Origin: Acidobacteriota bacterium
GTDB lineage: Bacteria; Acidobacteriota; Vicinamibacteria; Vicinamibacterales; 2-12-FULL-66-21
Reading direction: 5' to 3'
Assembly (NCBI GenBank): GCA_046735635.1
Contig: JBKPTT010000157.1
Location: 1-48,632 of the forward strand
Length of the DNA stretch: 48,632 nucleotides
Both the position numbers and the translations under genes were made by a program. This document shows, one piece after another, positions 45,971 to 48,632 of this stretch (position 1 is its first letter; each line of letters opens with the position of its first letter). The notes below the pieces were generated by a model that was not told where the DNA came from, did no database searches, and worked only from the letters and a program-made list of their open reading frames with translations.

Positions 45971-47253
45971 CGGGCCCCACGCTGGCCTCTGGACTGTCGC
46001 CGGTCCGCCAGTCGCTTGAAAGCGGCGCGGCAGTAACCGTGCAGGAAACGTCCGCAACGCCGGCCGTCTCGATCAACGCCACCTTTCTCGCTGGCAGCAT
46101 CGAAGACCCCGACGAACTGTGCGGGCTCGCGTATCTGATGGGTCGCGTCATCGATCGCGGAACGGAGCGGCGGTCCGCGCACACCATCGCCGAAGAGCTC
46201 GACGACCGCGGGGTGAGTCTTCACGTTGGCACCACGCGGCATACCACGACGATTTCTTCGACGTGCCTTGCCGAGGACTTTGCGGACGTTCTCTCGATCG
46301 TCGTGGACATCGCGCGCCGGCCAGCATTTCCGGAAGGCGAGTTGAACAAACGGCGAGCCGAGTTGATCACTGCTCTGCGCCAGGATGATGACAATCCCGG
46401 GGTCCGCGCCGGCGAAGCGTTGTCGACGCTTCTTTATGGCGATACCCACCCATACGGCCGGCCGTCGAAGGGTTCGGCCCGGAGCCTCGATCGCATCGAT
46501 CGACGCGCGCTGCTCGAGTTCCACAGACGCAACGTTCGCCCATCAGTGCTCTCGCTGGTGATCGTCGGCGACGTCGATGCTGCGCACGCTCTGGAGCAGG
46601 CGAATCGCGAGCTCGACGGATGGGCGGGTCGACCCGCAAACCCGATCGTCGTCCCGCCTCCCGCGACATCCCCGACGCGGCGCGAGCGGCAGATTCCCAT
46701 GCCGGGCAAGGTACAGACCGACATTGCCTACGGATTCACGACCATCAGCCGACTGGATCCACGCTTCTATGCCTACTGGATGATGAACAACGTGCTCGGC
46801 CAGTTCGGCCTCGGTGGCCGCCTCGCCGACAATATTCGCGAGCGCCAGGGAATGGCGTATTACGCGTTCAGCTCCTTCGATCCGTCGTTCGGGGAAGGAC
46901 CGCTCACGATTCGGGCGGGCGTCGATCCGCGAAACGTGCGCCGCGCAGTCGAGGCGATCGACATGGAAGTGCGCCATCTTGGCGAAGCCGGCCCGACCGC
47001 GATCGAGGTGGACGAAACGCGCGCGTACCTCATCGGGTCCATTCCGCGTCAGCTCGAAACCAACGACAGCATTGCGGCTTTTCTCCAATACGCAGAGCGA
47101 TTCGGCCTCGGGCTCGACTACGATCGCCGTCTGCCCGGCCTCCTGCAAGCCGTCACGATCGAGGACATACGCAGCGCCGCCGCCGATGTCCTCGTTCCCG
47201 AGCGCGCTGCCGTAGCGATGGCTGGCCCGCCTGTCGACGGGGCGCACACATGA
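45967..47253 (+). CDS. M16 family peptidase-like protein lacking the HxxEH motif (non-catalytic partner)
   Basis: 428 aa with M16 layout, but GLAYLMGRVIDRGT replaces HxxEH. Its ATG overlaps the stop of the upstream M16 gene (ATGA). Confidence 0.75.
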   Translation: MTGPTLASGLSPVRQSLESGAAVTVQETSATPAVSINATFLAGSIEDPDELCGLAYLMGRVIDRGTERRSAHTIAEELDDRGVSLHVGTTRHTTTISSTCLAEDFADVLSIVVDIARRPAFPEGELNKRRAELITALRQDDDNPGVRAGEALSTLLYGDTHPYGRPSKGSARSLDRIDRRALLEFHRRNVRPSVLSLVIVGDVDAAHALEQANRELDGWAGRPANPIVVPPPATSPTRRERQIPMPGKVQTDIAYGFTTISRLDPRFYAYWMMNNVLGQFGLGGRLADNIRERQGMAYYAFSSFDPSFGEGPLTIRAGVDPRNVRRAVEAIDMEVRHLGEAGPTAIEVDETRAYLIGSIPRQLETNDSIAAFLQYAERFGLGLDYDRRLPGLLQAVTIEDIRSAAADVLVPERAAVAMAGPPVDGAHT

Positions 47254-47960
47254 CCGAACGCACCCCGGCCCGAACGGCGTCGAGGGTGCGCGCCGTCTTT
47301 TTCGATGTCGATTTCACGCTGATTTATCCCGGGCCGAGATTCCAGGCATCCGGGTATCAGGATTTCTGCGCGCGCCACGGAGTTACGGTCGATCCGTCCG
47401 CCTTCGACCGCGCCGTTTCGAATGCTGCGAGTCGACTCGATCCGGGCGACGACGTCTACGACCCGGAGCTCTATGTCGAGTACACGAAGCGGATCATCGA
47501 GGGGATGGGCGGCACCGGGACGAAATTGGATGCAGTCGCGCGCGAGATCTACGCAGAGTGGGCGGCGTGTCATCACTTCACGATGTACGACGACGTCCCC
47601 GACGTCCTTCGCGAGATCCACACGTCCGGCATCAAGATTGGATTGATCTCCAACTCGCACCGCTGCCTGACATCCTTTCAGCAGCACTTCGAGCTGGAAG
47701 GGCTCTTCGACGTCACCGTCTCGTCGGTCGAGCACGGCTACATGAAGCCTCATCGCAGCATCTTCGAAGCGGCGCTGCGCGCGGCGGCTGTCGAAGCGGC
47801 TGATGCCGTGATGGTCGGAGACAGCCTGACGCACGACGTGGACGGCGCACGACGGCTCGGCATGCGCGGTGTGCTGGTTGCACGCTCAGGTCCACCCGCC
47901 AACACGCCGCCTGATGTACCGGTGATACAGTCTCTCCGCGAGTTACCGCCGCTCTTGTAA
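47250..47960 (+). CDS. HAD-superfamily hydrolase (subfamily IA)
   Basis: Has motif I VFFDVDFTL, motif II LISNS and motif IV VGDSLTHDVDGA. Start set at the ATG at 47250, overlapping the upstream stop (ATGA). The first 210 codons of the track ORF are an out-of-frame overlap with the M16 gene. Confidence 0.8.
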   Translation: MTERTPARTASRVRAVFFDVDFTLIYPGPRFQASGYQDFCARHGVTVDPSAFDRAVSNAASRLDPGDDVYDPELYVEYTKRIIEGMGGTGTKLDAVAREIYAEWAACHHFTMYDDVPDVLREIHTSGIKIGLISNSHRCLTSFQQHFELEGLFDVTVSSVEHGYMKPHRSIFEAALRAAAVEAADAVMVGDSLTHDVDGARRLGMRGVLVARSGPPANTPPDVPVIQSLRELPPLL

Positions 47961-48632
47961 TGCTCATCCGCCCTCTCACGACCATCGACGAATGCCGGCA
48001 AGTCGCGGCGCTCGAACGTGTGGTCTGGGAGTACCCGGACGACGAGGACGTCGTGCCCCCGCCTGTCCTCATCGTCTCGATCAAGCGCGGCGCGATTCTG
48101 CTCGGCGCGTTCGACGACGGGGGCGAGCTGAAGGGATTCGTCTATTCGCTGCCGGGGCTGAGGGACGGGCGAACGATTCAGTGGTCGCACATGCTCGGTG
48201 TCGCGCCCGACGCACGGGGCCGCGGGCTTGGGCTGAGATTGAAACTTGCCCAGCGCGAGCATGCGTTGGCAATGGGCGTCGACATCGTGGAATGGACGTT
48301 CGATCCGCTCCAGGCACTCAACGCGCATCTGAATTTCGCGCGGCTCGGAGTGATCGTCGAGGAGTACGCGGAGAATGTCTACGGCGACTCGACCAGCCCG
48401 CTCCACGCGGGCACACCCACTGACCGCTTCGTCGCCGAGTGGCGGCTGACCTCGCCGCACGTCGAGCGGCGGCTGTCAGCGCCGGCGACCTCGATGCTAC
48501 GGGACAGCGCAATCATGACCGCGCTGCTCGTCAATCGATCGATCGAGGCGGCCGGTCGCCTCGCGCCCGGGGCGCCGCTCCTCGATAGCCTCGCGGATCG
48601 ACTGCTCGTGGAAATCCCGATGGGTTTCGGGG
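47960..48632 (+). CDS. GNAT-fold acetyltransferase-like protein (COG3375-like), partial at right edge
   Basis: Not in the ORF track because there is no stop before the edge. ATG is at 47960 (TAATG overlap with the HAD stop). Hand translation MLIRPLTTIDECRQVAALERVVWEYPDDEDVVPPPVLIVSIKRGAILLGAFDDGGELKGFVYSLPG...MLGVAPDARGRGLGLRLKLAQREHALAMGVDIVEWTFDPLQALNAHLNFARLGV... has an R-G-x-G-x-G acetyl-CoA-loop-like motif. The frame is open for 224 codons with G/C-rich third positions. Confidence 0.6.
   Translation, partial: MLIRPLTTIDECRQVAALERVVWEYPDDEDVVPPPVLIVSIKRGAILLGAFDDGGELKGFVYSLPGLRDGRTIQWSHMLGVAPDARGRGLGLRLKLAQREHALAMGVDIVEWTFDPLQALNAHLNFARLGVIVEEYAENVYGDSTSPLHAGTPTDRFVAEWRLTSPHVERRLSAPATSMLRDSAIMTALLVNRSIEAAGRLAPGAPLLDSLADRLLVEIPMGFG

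Overview
This is a 48.6-kb, visibly GC-rich chromosomal segment from a diderm (outer-membrane-bearing) bacterium. It is densely packed with about 47 protein-coding genes, almost all core housekeeping. Real frames stand out by G/C-rich third codon positions and recognisable family motifs.

Gene content, left to right:
- Minus-strand run: radical-SAM fragment, DUF92 membrane protein, a dTDP-6-deoxyhexose operon (rmlA / rmlC-like / rmlB plus a non-RmlD reductase), lptD, folC, accD, deoxynucleoside kinase.
- OSBS/NSAR enolase and a HEAT-repeat/cyclophilin lipoprotein.
- ddl with a translationally coupled TPR protein.
- tgt-yajC-secD-secF-uppP, a DUF502 protein and a membrane H+-pyrophosphatase.
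- tonB-exbB-exbD-exbD and a convergent TPR lipoprotein.
- relA/spoT, ridA, rpmB, a hypothetical protein, dksA, lon.
- nudix, rluD, lgt, lspA, ileS.
- A methyltransferase, a secreted lectin-like protein, an M16 peptidase pair, a HAD hydrolase and a GNAT-like fragment.

I found no rRNA, tRNA, CRISPR array, transposase, integrase, phage or recognisable defence genes, so I do not see a classical accessory system here. Many long ORFs in the supplied track are antisense or alternate-frame artefacts of high GC. Several longest-ORF starts had to be trimmed (lptD, folC, OSBS, uppP, hppA, lspA, the TPR protein, the methyltransferase, HAD and others).

What ordinary annotation does not explain:
1. Two stand-alone 17-codon genes (14202-14255 and 14462-14515, minus strand) lie below the ORF-track cutoff. 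They encode the identical very basic peptide MAKKAAKGGKKKGGKKR and differ only at 8 synonymous sites. Each has its own SD and terminator, and one has a near-consensus promoter.
2. A family of intergenic low-complexity word repeats with inverted symmetry occurs at about 9650-10146, 14716-14920, 36793-36844, 37381-37552 and 43483-43638. Two of these are roughly 160-170-bp elements that share an identical 18-mer terminus with imperfect terminal inverted repeats and run into the ends of flanking genes.
3. A heptamer (AAAAGGT) tandem array follows exbD.
4. There are several unusual domain architectures: DUF92 with a polyprenol-kinase-like half, HEAT plus cyclophilin, and a beta-repeat plus PA-IL-like lectin.

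All family assignments rest on motif recognition by eye. No database search was possible.
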